A DNA stretch of 64,000 nucleotides from Zygnema circumcarinatum SAG 698-1b (taxonomy: Eukaryota > Plantae > Zygnematophyceae): the NCBI GenBank assembly GCA_037447605.1, contig CM074804.1:5743909-5807908 (forward strand), in the 5' to 3' direction. The position numbers were made by a program, and so were the translations under genes. Below are positions 50,211 to 62,838 of this stretch, one piece after another (position 1 is the first letter of the stretch; each line of letters begins with the position of its first letter). Under the pieces are notes generated by a model. That model searched no databases. It was not told the DNA's origin and worked only from the letters and a program-made list of their open reading frames with translations.

Positions 50211-52809
50211 TCAGCCTGGTCTATAATAGTCCATTTTGTCAAGCGGCAAGTTCACAATGTCCGTATCCACCTGCACAAACCACGCGCTAGTTTGAATTAG
50301 GCTCAAAAAGCCTCCAAGTTCCGCAAACTCCTCACCACTGCAGAAGATACAACACACAAGCGATACGCCGATCCAACCAACCAGCCTGCCAGCCCTTCCT
50401 CCGTTAGAACAGGCAGCATGTTCAGCTGCTTACCTCCTCCTGCGGAACGAACACAAAGGGCGCCATTCCGCGACTGTGTGAGACAGCCGGCACGTCCGGA
50501 TTGTGGCTCTCATTATCGTCCCAACCCTCCACAGCACACAGAACATCGTCTGCATCTCCAGGGATCTCTGACTCGTTGATACCACTCGTGACCAAGGAAA
50601 GCAAGTCCAGGCGGTTGTTTGCGCCTTCACAGGTTCCTCGCAGTCTGCACAGTCTCACAGCTATCCATGTCACTTCTGCTCATCCACCGCTGTCTGCTTC
50701 CTGTCTGCAGCGAGATAGTGAGACAGAATACCTGGCACGAATTCGCAGAACAGTGGGACGCAACCCTGAATAAAGCACAGCAGCCTCCACCTGCCAAACT
50801 CCCCTGTACCCCACATTAGTTGCAATTCTTCCACACATTTGTTTGAACGCTTAAGTGCATCCGCGCAAGTGCTCACACAAAATGCTGGTTGCTCGAGGAC
50901 CCTGTCTCTCAGTGGAAGTAGCACCACACAACGTGTGCAGAAACGGTGTGTCCTCACCAGACTGTCTGTGAGGGTGTAGCGCCCCACCAGGACTCCATCC
51001 GCCTTTGCAGCGGACGCTCGACCAGACATGGATTTTGCCACTTCCCTCAAAAACTGTGGAGAAACCTGTTTAGTACATAGCAGTGGCTGGACCAGTCTGT
51101 CAGTAACTGTGTGTCTAGGCCAGCATTCGCACCTCCAAAATTCTTTGCCAGCACTACCCGAATACAATCGCGCTCACTTAAAAGAAGCAGAGTTTTCTTT
51201 AACTACAACAAAGAGCATTGATTCTGAAGCCATGACTAACCTTGTAGTATACTTTGCCATTGGGTAGAAAGCGCAAGTATCGAAAATAACACACCTGCAG
51301 GAAACGAACTATCGCCGTTCTCATACTGAATACTTTTCATCACTCTGCAGTGATCGTCTCCTTCTGCATTCTCCCCTCAGTTATCCAGTCTAAAAGCAGT
51401 CTTCCTAAATCATTCTTCTGGTCTGTGATCGACAACTACTATCGAACCATCAAACGTGTTAAATTCAATCGTCTCCAAGGCGTTGACAACAACAAGCAAC
51501 CTCGACCATAAAAGGGCATCTCACGCATCCTAACCATGTGCACGGGATTTGTCGTGGTCCACTCCACAATGCCACAGCGAATGTAGGTGTTGCGGCTCAC
51601 GTAGATACCTGTCAAAGTCACCCTCCAGCTTCTTAAGTCCCAGCTCAGGGTGTGATCAGAGAAAGTCCAAACCTGCCCAATATGCAGAGGTCGCCCACCT
51701 TCTGTGAGCAACCGGGGACGGCAGACCCACATGCGCCGCCATGAGCAGCCGTAACTACGCTTCAGCAGAGCTTCCTGCTCCTCTTCACTGCCAGCCTGGA
51801 AGGTGTTCCCACCCAGACTACCATTTTCTGTCAAAACTCTGCTTCATCAAAAGCACTACCAGCAAGCAGGTTGACTGGGCGGTTCTTATACCGGCCAGAC
51901 GCTGAGGCAGGCACTCTGCCATAGGCTTGGAGTCCTTGCCATGTACCGCCATTTCCGGCAAACGCAGGCAGCACGACCGAGCGTTGCAGGGCGCATATGC
52001 TGGAAAACCTGCAGAGGGATCAAAGGAACCTTCAATCGAGTTTAGGACGACTGCTACTCGAACTGCTGTGCTCCCCTTTCTTTCCTGCATTCTTCTCTAA
52101 TCACTTTCTCTAGAATACTCTGTGCGGTAGCGATAGCCGTTTACAACATAGTCCACCAGTTGCCTGGCTTTCCCTTAAACTCTATTCACGGCTACTCTCC
52201 GTCGATTTATCAATCCCTAAGAGAAATGTCAAGTGGATAAAGAGTGAACAATACACAGTGAAAGTGGACATAAATGAAATTCAGCTACTTTCACAATTCT
52301 GCAAAGGTCAGACCTGTAATTCGTTTACTGTAATGGCATATGTCAAACCATGCAGTGCAATATACACCCATGGCATAAATGACATTGCCTAATAGAGGAA
52401 TTCTTAAAGTGGGGAGTATTCTCATTTCAACAATCCACTGAAGTACGGAGATGCCCAACAAGACGTTTCTTAAACTGCATCATGAACGTGATACATGCCA
52501 CTTTGACCTCGGCCGGATTGAAAGGTATACCATGAGCAGAAGCTCATCAGGCAGCATGCGATGCAGAAGCGCAGTGTCCTCTATTGGCTGTCTGCTGGTA
52601 CTGCCAGGTGGTGCCACTGGGCGCACACGCATGCCGTAAAGACCTGCACAGGTGTGTTCGAATGTACTTAGAGTTCAAAACGTTATGGCTTCTCCTCTAT
52701 ACGCAGGATGCTAAGTGATGGGCTTACTCATCCATGGCCGGTCTAAAAACGTTGAATCCTGCATCGCCTGTCTCCGCCTGCTTGATTCCAGTGATGTGGT
52801 AGGGGCCAT
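50211..52809 (-). CDS. FBP7: F-box protein 7 (FBP7/SKIP32, FBXO9-like)
   Basis: Exons 52809-52728 ([27 protein letters not shown]) and 52643-52531 ([20 protein letters not shown]...LPDELL), then [74 protein letters not shown]...[14 protein letters not shown], and last exon [13 protein letters not shown] with stop at 50211-50213. Confidence 0.93.
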
Positions 52810-52965
52810 CGTCCTCTTTGCTCTGCCATGGAACAACGTTTTCCTGATGAGCGCACGAAGCCAAATCGATCTTGGTTTCTGCACAGTAGCTTCTGCCCCT
52901 TTGTTATCTTTATCTGCAAATTTTAGCTATGATTACAGGTACTGCTTCACTTACCTGTCAAGATA

Positions 52966-53722
52966 TTAAAATCGAAGGGTCAGCTGAGCCAATAAAAGTG
53001 CTAATTCGTCTTCTTGCTCCTTCTGCTCCCTCAGCACTTTCCAGATAACAAATAAGGCATAAAATGATAAAAGGGCAACAACCAACAAGACTGGGAAGGA
53101 TCTTCTGAAGAGGGAGGGGTTCGAGGGCTGAGAGGACATCTTGAAGGCATTTACATTCCTTACAAACGAAGTAACCAATCAAGCCAAGTAACTTCAAGTT
53201 GCCGAATTTAAGTTCCAAGGAGTGGTGAGGATTTTTTTTGTATCCGGAAGGGTAGTGTTGGCAATTCGAGAAAATCAATCGAAAGTTCTGCACGGCTACT
53301 TCTGGTTTCTCTTTGGTAAATGTAGCCATAGGTAGAGTACTTCGTTTCTCATTTACCCTCAAGTACATACGGTGGAGGACGGCAATACGACGCTTATTTA
53401 CTCTGCAGTTTTATTTGCTTCGACAGTCATGGGATGTCATCTTGTGAACCTTAATCATCTGGTTATGTTCGAGATTCAGTGTAGGCCGGCCAGTGTTTCC
53501 CGGTTCGGTTTCGGCCGGTTTACATCGTACAAACCCTTTTACTTTAGGGTCTGGACGGCATACCCTTGCGAGCTGAGACTGTGCAGAGTGCAGCAGGAGG
53601 AGCGCGCGGTGCACGACCCGGAGGCGGTGCGCAGCGTACGCAGAGGCGGGAGGGAGACGCTCGAGCCTCCGCAGCTCCTCGCGCAGCGCGGCCTCCACCT
53701 CCCCCGCCCCCGCCCCCTCCAT
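52966..53722 (-). CDS. 71-aa two-exon micro-ORF directly upstream of FBP7 (candidate conserved uORF or first cistron)
   Basis: Exon 53722-53564 (MEGAGAGEVEAALREELRRLERLPPASAYAAHRLRVVHRALLLLHSAQSQLAR) plus exon 53022-52966 (KEQEDELALLLAQLTLRF*), GT-AG, phase 0. High-GC codon usage in exon 1. Confidence 0.7.
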
Positions 53723-54242
53723 GCACCTCCCCGCCTCCTCCACTCCTCCCTCCCCTCTCTCCCGCAGCAAGCAGCAAGCAGCGCAATGCAGGGCCAGGGC
53801 AGGGCTCTAATGGCGGGCCTCTCTCGGCGCGGGGCCGTCACATGCACATGGAAACGACGGCCTGTGGAACTGTCGTAAAACAGTCGCATGTGACCAATCG
53901 GGAAAAGGAAGCAGCCCTAGAGCTGGGCCTGGCTCGGGCGTCGGCCAATCAAATCGCGCAAATGTGCACACGTGGCGAGTCCTGACTGGTTCGAGGACAG
54001 GCCAAAAATTAGCTCCAACCGTAGTGCAAAAGACGCCGCCCGGAGACGATCTATGCGCCATCCTGTTCAGCGTCGAGCGTTGTCCTCTCACCGCTCCATG
54101 CCACAATGTTGTGAATTGGTTTTGCGGAACTGCAGCTGACGTGAAAGGAGGCACAGGACGGGCGGTGGGGGCAGTGGGAGGGGAGTTTGGGCAGAGGTCG
54201 AGGGAAGGGGCGAGGATGCGCTGACCGCAGGAGAATGCAGCC

Positions 54243-56224
54243 ATGGCTTCCAGGCCCTCTCAGGAGGAGGAGGATGCGAGCATGCTGAAGCTGGGAGAAG
54301 GTGTGTCATCGCATGCATGGGAAGGAGGTCTCCTGCCGTTTGTTTCTGGCCGTGAAGAGTTGTAGGGATAGATGAAACCATGTCGGTGTTTGAGGTTGCC
54401 AGGCATTGCGGATGGGTCGTGTGGGGAAGATAGAGTGCACGATTTCCTCGTATCTGGCTACAATTTTCTCTTCTTATTCCTGTTTCGTGGATTCTGCGAA
54501 ATGTGGGCTCAGACTTTGAGAAGGCGAAATGTTTGATGAACTTCGAAGTCCTTCAGCTTTTGAAGCAGAAGCAGGAGATGAGCAAGGACACTGAAGTGCC
54601 AGAAAACCCGTAAGTGGAAGCTGCTGAGGCTAGAAGGCCAAGTATTCAACCCTGTGGTTGCTAGATTCCTCTAATTTCTCCTTGGTTCTCTAGAGTTTGC
54701 TCATATGCGACATCGTTGAACAGAACACGATGCGAAGTTAATGTGGGGCGGCAATTGAGCTGTATAAAAATGCATGTTGAGTTCTCCACGGTAAGCAGGG
54801 CGGACATTCAACGGCTTATCGGCCAGTAAGTGACCTTTTTGCGTCAATGTGCAGAGTTTTTGAGAAGTCGTTAGCATATGTCGAGCGCTTCAGTCGGTAC
54901 CAAAACCCCGAGGCTGTCACGCAAGTGCGCGAGTGAGTGCTTTTGTACCCACACGCAATATTCAAAACATGGTGCTTGCCCATAGCAGAGCATACTTTCT
55001 AGTTTTTCAGCCTGAGCTGGCTGAAAAAATCGGGAATCAACTAAGAAAGCGGCACATCGTTCAGCCTCTGGTAAGGACGGGCTGACACGCAAGATGAGGT
55101 GTAGGTTGTTTAATTATGTAGCATAGGCCACACTACCAGACGGAACTCTATGCTCGAACAGTAGTTTGTACATTTCTCTGTTTTGGCTTTTGGTGGAGTG
55201 AATTTTCGCGAATCAGTTAGCCTTGCTTCGGTATTGTTGCCTCTCAGCCTAGAGCTTGGTATCTTCACATGTTTTTCCCCTGGTTCAACATAGACCCGTT
55301 TAAAGTTCCTCTAGGTGTGCATCGTTCTGTGAACTACTTTCGTTTTTTCCCTTAATGGTGGTCCCTTGGTTGGGTTTCTTTGGCTTTGCAGACTTCTGGG
55401 AACAAGGTATAAGTTGAAGGAGTTCGAGGTATGATGCCAGCTGTTTGGTGATTTGGGCTACAACTGTGTCTGTTTAACCTCTCGATCTCTTATGATCTCA
55501 CAGTAAGATGCAGGCCCTTCTGCATGTCCGGCATGTGTATTGCAAGAGTAGGAAATGAATTCGGAAGAATAGTTGCTGTGTTCGGACTGTTTTTGCTTGT
55601 CAAGCTGGGGTAGAAGAAACCAAAATATCTTATGAACCAACTTGAGAAAACTCCCATTGTCAGTTTTCGTGTGTTTCTTCTTCAGGCATTTGATGAATTT
55701 TTTGTTACAATTGCTGCAGTCTCAGTCCCATCTTTCGTTTCTATTTTTATAACGAGTTGTTCAACGGTAACGGTTCTTCAGAACTACAGACATGGGGTGG
55801 TGCCTGCCGTGGCTCTAGGTCTGTGTGATCGGTAATCTCAACCCAGAGGGCCTTGAAGAAGTTAAGGCGCTTGTGCCGTCTCTCACGGTGAGTTGGACCA
55901 GTGCAGCAGATCCCACTTGAGAGCCTGTCTCATGGTCGTTTTACGATCATTTTCATTCTTTGAACTGGTTGTGAGCTCGACATTACCTATGTCGGACTTG
56001 CGGACCCGCGGACTCGGTCTGACAGGACATGCAAGTCTATCTAGAAAGAGCAGTAAGTCGGAAAATTTCAACCTCAGAACTCGCGGCATTTGTTTTTTTT
56101 CTTTTCTTTAATCCTTCTGGCGTGGGGGTTTGGCCTGGAGGTGCAGGTGGAGGGAAGAGATATTGATGATGAAAAAATCTACGAAATGCTCGCAGACATG
56201 GCCACCATAAAAAAGTTTGAGTAG
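54243..56224 (+). CDS. NRPB4: RNA polymerase II subunit 4 (RPB4)
   Basis: Spliced protein MASRPSQEEEDASMLKLGEDFEKAKCLMNFEV...VFEKSLAYVERFSRYQNPEAV..VRE.L...L.EFEVCVIGNLNPEGLEEVKALVPSL...DDEKI.EML.DM..IKKFE*. Stop at 56222-56224. Confidence 0.95.
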
Positions 56225-56553
56225 GTCAGCTTCGCTTCAGCTCAGGCAGAGAGAGAAGGGCCTTGCGACCTAGCTAGCCAGATCGGAGCAAAGGAAAAAT
56301 GGTTAAAGCAGTTTGGTGTACCATAGTTTTGCGCGCATTTAGATAATTCTGTAGACATAGGTTAATAAGGTTCTCCATAATCTGCACAAGCTATATTTGT
56401 TGACTTCACCTTTCTATATGTGATTACATCGCACAAAGTCACTCTGTCCTTTCCACGTTGACGGTTATCTGGTGTTGAGTTGAAAACCAGAGAGCAGGAA
56501 CTACTATGTACACAGAAGACAAAGTCAGACCCACGGGTGCGCTCCTCCTCAGC

Positions 56554-59500
56554 TTATGAGTGTGCAGCTGCCGGCCGCGGGTGCAGCGTCATGAGGAGGC
56601 CGTGGGTCATGGCGAGCGTTAGGGACGGCCGGAACTTGATGGGATGGCCCGGCACGAGCTTCAAGTGGAAGCACCGCAGAATGGCCGCGGCGGAGTATTT
56701 CATCTGCAGAACGAAAAATGACAGAGCATCAGAACATCCATATCTAATGCAGAAAGCAGCGGAGGCATGTCAGCAACACAAATCACATCAGGGCCTGCTT
56801 GCACAGGCGACTGACAACGAGATTGTAGAGTTAAACCCATTAAGTGGTCACATCAGGATCAGTGGCTTTATAGATTATGTCATTATGCGTTGTTTTGGCT
56901 ACCTGCTCTCTCGCTTTCCCTTTCCACCTACAGACTAACAACCTGCTAATGAAAAAACATGGCGAGACCCACGCCATTATAACGACAGCAGCTACAGCGC
57001 TTGGAAACAATTCATGACATAATTGTTAGGCAATTGTCGTTGAACAAACACCCTTAAAGAGAGATGCTGTCATTCTCCATGCCAGTATGGACATTCCAAA
57101 AACACTTCAGCTTAGCAAGAAATCCCGACTCGACACCTGGCGGGGTGACCCAAGTAGTGTTTGACACGTCCAGACTTTGTCAACATTTCTGGAGATGCGT
57201 CTCAAAGACTAGGCCGCTATTTTCTGTGTCGATTGTATTCAGACGAAGTAAGGTTCAACCTTTAAAATCAACGGCCTCATATCTATAATAGAAATATTAC
57301 TTCAGAGAATTATCGCACTCCCCAACAATAGTGCTAAGTGAGTGTAAGGGACTATCGTTCATGCGCTGAAGAGGAGTTACGACTTCGCTTCACTGGCCCA
57401 CGTTGGGTCCACAACTTTCTCATGACTAGATACATCTTCTTCTCTTTGCAGTCATGACTACTGTCCTTCTAGAATTTGCTGAGCCAATGCCCAAGCAGGT
57501 TACAAAGCAGAACAGGTCAGGTCATGTCCCCCACCTGCAGGTACGCCATCTCCCGGCCGAGGCAGAGCCGCGGTCCCGCGTTGAACACGGGAAACTTGAA
57601 GAGCGACTCCGGCTGAAAGTCGCCGTCCTTGAGCCACCTCTCAGGGTTGAATTCCAACGCGTCGGGCCCCCACACCCTCGCCATGCGGCCCACCGCAAGG
57701 ATCGAATACGACAAGCGCCATCCCTTGGGCACGAAGGTGCCGTCGGGGAGGGTGTCACTCTCGCGGGCAGTCCTGCATTCACCGGGGCTTGAAACTGGTG
57801 GTGAGAGAATTGGGCACAAACAAAAGTTGAGAACTCTAAGTAAATCTCTGCAAGACTTTAAGTGAAGATTATCTTCGCAAGAAGGCTATGTGTCAGGTGA
57901 ACGTTTCATTCCAGCATAGCCGCCCTGCCTCACATGATCAAAACACTAGAACATTCAAGGATCACTCTTTTCTGGAAACGCAGACAGAGCTTGCCTAGGC
58001 ATTGTATACTGTTCACTGCAATATGGGTTCATCAACGACTCGGAGTAAAATGACATGCTTTTGAAGGTACTAATGGAGTACATAAGAATACATACTCACG
58101 TGATCCAAAGTGCGTGTTCTTAAAGTATTTAAGCAGTCTCCCTTCCCACTGATCAAGAGTAGACAAGGATCTGTCTTGGGCTCACTTGATGTCTAATGGA
58201 ACCGGCGGGTAGAGGCGAAGAGATTCCGAGATTGCCGCGTGAAGATAATGCATGGATCGGAGCTCCTCAAACGTGAACGTTTCTTTGCTTCTCTCATCTA
58301 GCAATCACAAAGGCACAGGTCATTTATCGACGAACGGAGAAAAAACGACACACATGTCCGGAAAAGTCAATGTTTTGTCCCACCCATGTGCAAGTTCGAA
58401 ATTGACACCATCGACAGATTTCCATATGCAACGCTTGCCATTGTAAATGCACCATAAAAAATCGCCCTTATTTCTCACTGTGCGACGGAAACCATCAACA
58501 GCGCGCCAAGCCCTACCTGCATTGCGAGCGGAAATGACAGAGTTGATCTCTGCGAGAATGCTTTCTTCCACGCGGGGGTGCCTCGCCAGCAGCCAAAAGA
58601 AGCAGGTGAGGCCGAACGCGGAAGTATCCCGGCCGGCGAGGATGAAGTTTGTGCACACATCGCGGAGGAACGCGGGGGAGTATTTCTGCTCCCCCCCCTC
58701 CTGCCGGCCGGCCAAGATGAACCTGCACAGGGGAAAGGGCCGAGCTGCGTGTGAAAGGGGACTTTTTTGAGCTCGAAGACGAAGAGGGTACATTTTGTTT
58801 CTGGTGTGAGGGTGGAAGAAGCGTAAAAAGAGAGCGTTGTGAGTAAGCAGTAGTAGCGTTCATAGAGCAGATTTCACCTCGACAGAAGATCATGGCGCTG
58901 GTTGGGATTCGCTGAGTCCCCATCACAATCCTTCGTCTCTGCCAATTCCATTTGGCGCTTCTGGACGACCTCATCTGCAAAATCGTGAACTACCTGCAAG
59001 TTCACTCGTAATCAAGAGTAAGGAGGAGGAAGAGGACAGTACCGTCATAAACACGCATGAAGAGGGAACAACCATAAATTGGCAATTTCTGAAGGATAGG
59101 CATTTTGGATGAAAGTTGTTGAGAGACATATCTTTCGAGTGTTCCTGCCTCCAGTATTTGACCCTGAGCAACATCTCACCTTGATTGATTTAGCAAGTTC
59201 CGCTTCCCAACCGCAGTTTAGCAGTCGTAAGGTTTTCCAAAGAAATTTTGGAGCAAGGGCGCGAATGCAACTAGCCTGCTCCACCGAAAACCACGCAAAA
59301 GGAGAGCACCATTTTTGTCGTGCTTCAAGTTCAAGAGATTCCACTCTAGCGGGACAGTAGAGAAACCCAGCAAGTAGGAGCAAAAAGCGGCCAAAAACTC
59401 CCCACTCTGGACATTAAAAGGAATACAGGAACCGGTCACGCGATGGAACCACGAAACGTTTCAATGTCCCCAATCTGATTTTTGGCGGAAAACATGAAAA

Positions 59501-60816
59501 GGTGTGCGGAGTCCATGTCGTTAATGAAAGCATCGGAAAGAAATACATGAAGGAAGATGAATCTCACATTCGTGGCCTTGTCAAAGGCTTCGAAAAAGGG
59601 AACAAAGGGCAGCTCCGGTGTGAGGCAACCAGGATCAACCCCAAAGCCAATTCGGCAAATGCTGTCGAAACCCAAACGAAGCAGCACGTCCTGAACGTCA
59701 ATCGCTTCATTCCTTTCGGCCGCCTGCAAGAGCACATTGAATCGCCAGAGGTCGAATCTAAGGGAACTGACAAGTGAACTGAATATCCAGGTCTGATTGC
59801 AGAACTCGTATTATGAACACATTGTGAGAAACTGACATGCAACTGGCTGGCTGGAGGTATGAGACTGAGACCCTCCTACCCGTCGAAGTGTTGGAAGGAG
59901 CCGAGCTGAAGTTTCGTGTGAAACAGTTGTGAATATCAGACGTCGGAGTGACCCCGTTGAAAACTCGTGACTGGCCACCTTCCGCTGCTCTTTCCAGATC
60001 TCATCATCGCTGCAGAATATGCCGTGGCCCAGGAAATCTCTGAGAACCGACTGCAAAAGGAGCATTTAAGTGTAAGGTTCTACCAGAGGCATCCAATTCT
60101 CAAAAGGCTGTCGCTTCATGATTCGCAAACCACTGAACTGCTCATGAAGCCAAGGTAACCCATCGTCATGTACCTGAAATTCACAACCCTTTGGATAATT
60201 TTGAAAATTGGTCTTCAATACATACTCCAAGTTCTCTGGATTGGCCGTGACAACTTGGTTGACGCCGAGTACCTTGGATATAAAAGTGAAATTTTTTGAC
60301 CTCTGCATCAACCCAATTCTAGATTTAGTAACTTCCGAAGCTTAACATTTCACAGGCATCTTCTTTCATGAGAAATATTTCTGGGGACTTAATAAAATGC
60401 CTGAGGAAACGCCGGCAATCTCAAACTGTCAGCCTCGATAGCTGCTTGCTTATGTCTTTTCCATTCACTGAAACGTACCGCGAAACGTTCAGCTAAGCCA
60501 CCACTAGTGCAAGACGAAGCACTCTCAACATAAATTGTCACATCAAGCCAGCCCTCTCGGAATACACAAAGCTGCTCTGCTTGAATGCTCTCCTCACCGC
60601 AGCATACGGCACTGGTGCTTCGTGAATGTTCTCCAAGGATGAAATGATGAAGGGCAGGGATCCCACGAAAGGCCACAGGTGCGGGCCGGGATAGTTAGTC
60701 CCGTGCACCATGTAGTGCGCGCAGACGTAGAGCAGCAGCACGCCCGCAGCCCCCCACGCGACCGCGCTGCCCGACCATGGCCACCCGCAGAGCTCCATCA
60801 GCGAGGTGGCCGCCAT
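56554..60816 (-). CDS. Cytochrome P450, CYP86 clan (CYP704/86/94-like fatty-acid hydroxylase)
   Basis: N-terminal anchor plus GPHLWPFVGSLP. Motifs: VVTANPENLEYVLKTNFQNYPKG, DFLGHGIFCSDDEIWKEQRKVASHEF, DSICRIGFG, I-helix NFILAGRDTS, ExxR near 58200, FNPERWL, heme motif FNAGPRLCLG. Stop at 56554-56556. Confidence 0.92.
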
Positions 60817-61515
60817 ATGTTCGAGCCGCCAACTCCCCGCTGTTCCTCCCTCTCCCTCTCCCTCTCACTCTCCTCTCCTCTCCTCTCCCTTCTCCCTGCG
60901 CCGCACCGCCCCGCGCCTCTCCCTCACTCCCGGCCAAGTGCAGCCCACTTCGCCCCCACCCGCCCGCGTGGGACTGACAGCCTACTTTACTCTACCCTAC
61001 CCTAGTCTACCCGAGCCTACCCTACGCTCGAGCTGGACCTCGAGATTCGGGCACTCCCGGGACGCGGTCGTTTGGTCGGACCTGATCACGTGGCAGCCGC
61101 GGATTGCGGGAACATGCAACCGAATGCGTCCCTATGTGCTAAAACAGAAAAAACGACAGGACCGTTGACTTTGACCCCGTACGGCGCGACCGGCGGCCTC
61201 CATCCATCCGGTGCTCGGTCCTCCGTACGGTCGGACCACGGAGAGTCAGACCTTGACCATCGCCAAATCAATTTCGTAAGCCTGTTGGGCGAATTAAGCA
61301 TTGGCTAAGTACGCATTTCGGTACGGATGTGTACGGTGGAGCCGCGGATCCCGAACCGGAATTCGTACACGATAGGGGGAGTCAGACCTTGACCATCGCC
61401 AAATCAATTTCGCCAGCCCGTCGGGCCAATTCTGCTTTGTACGGCAGACCTATTTCGTCAAAAGTGGACGTTCGACAGGCTCGGGCGCCGCGAATTCAAG
61501 AAAGCAATTATTTTA

Positions 61516-62558
61516 GGAAAATGATACAGCGGCCCCACTTTTTGGATATCGGCGCCCCTTTTGTGAAAAAATGTACTTTTTTTTTTGGCTAATCACCCCC
61601 CTCCTTGGATCTTTCGGGAGGAGAGATCTTGTAGACAATCGGACCCCGCGCCTCGCGCGCAGGATCCGACCGTGCACCGACGTACGGCGCCGCGCATCGC
61701 GGCGTGGCCCGTGAGATGCGGCGAGCCTACGGAAAAGTTGTCCTCACCTGACCCTTTTGGGTCAGAGGTTGCCACGTGGCAGTCTGCCATTGGACAGCCC
61801 TGCTGCCGGTCCCCCATGCCGATACAGTGGACCCCCATAATATTTTCCACCTTGTACAGTGCGTCCCCAAGAAATTCGCCCCGATTTTGCCGAAACCACC
61901 TTTTTGTACGGTAACTCAATGTTAACGTATTAGGGGTGTTAACCTAACCTGACCTATTCTCCAATACAAAATCTGTTAATCGAAACGGATTTCAAACATG
62001 GGTCACGCTTTTGCGCTGTACGGTAAGTACGAATAAAATCTCTAAGTCGTACGGTATACGTACGGCACCAATAGGAGCTCGTGCATCTAAATCGCGGTAT
62101 GATACGATACGATACGATACGTACGAACAGACATGAACTCTAACATAATACCGCTCGCCTATTTGTAACACGGACCTTATATTTGCAAATTACAATATTT
62201 TCGCCCAGTATTTGCCGAAACCATGGCGAAAATATTGTGGGGGTCCACTGTATCGGCATGGGGGACCGGCAGCAGGGCTGTCCAATGGCAGACTGCCACG
62301 TGGCAACCTCGACCCAAACCGGTCAGGTGAGGACAACTTTTCCGTAGGCTCGCCGCATCTCGCGGGCCACGCCGCGATGCGCGGCGCCGTACGTCGGTGC
62401 ACAGTCGGATCCTGCGCGTGAGGCGCGGGGTCCGATTGTCTACAAGATCTCTCCTCCCGAAAGATCCAAAGAGGGGGGTGATTAGCCAAAAAAAAAGTAC
62501 AATTTTTCCCAAAAGGGGGCGCCGATATCCAAAGAGTGGGGCCGCTGTATCATTTTCC
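61516..62558. mobile_element. Non-autonomous Mutator-like (MULE) element with ~330-bp terminal inverted repeats and an 8-bp TSD
   Basis: Termini GGAAAATGATACAGCGGCCCC ... GGGGCCGCTGTATCATTTTCC. Arms ~61516-61848 and ~62226-62558 are near-identical inverted copies. The flanks TTATTTTA at 61508-61515 and 62559-62566 are identical. Confidence 0.85.
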
Positions 62559-62838
62559 TTATTTTAGGGTAGTGATATTTCCACCCCTTTTTTGGATCCA
62601 AACACCCCTTCCCGGCCGGGCAGATTTCAAAAGGGATTAAAAACGGAAAATGCTTTTTTCACACCTTTTTGGAATCGATACCCACCTTCTTCCGTCGGCT
62701 GATTTTATTTGTGCTAACCAAGGAAAATGATACCCCGTCACTGCATTTTGAATACTGTATCCCGCCTCCCTGAATTTTTGCGTTGCCGTAGGCAAAAGCT
62801 TAGTCATCGTTTTGATCCGTACGACGGGTTCGATTATG

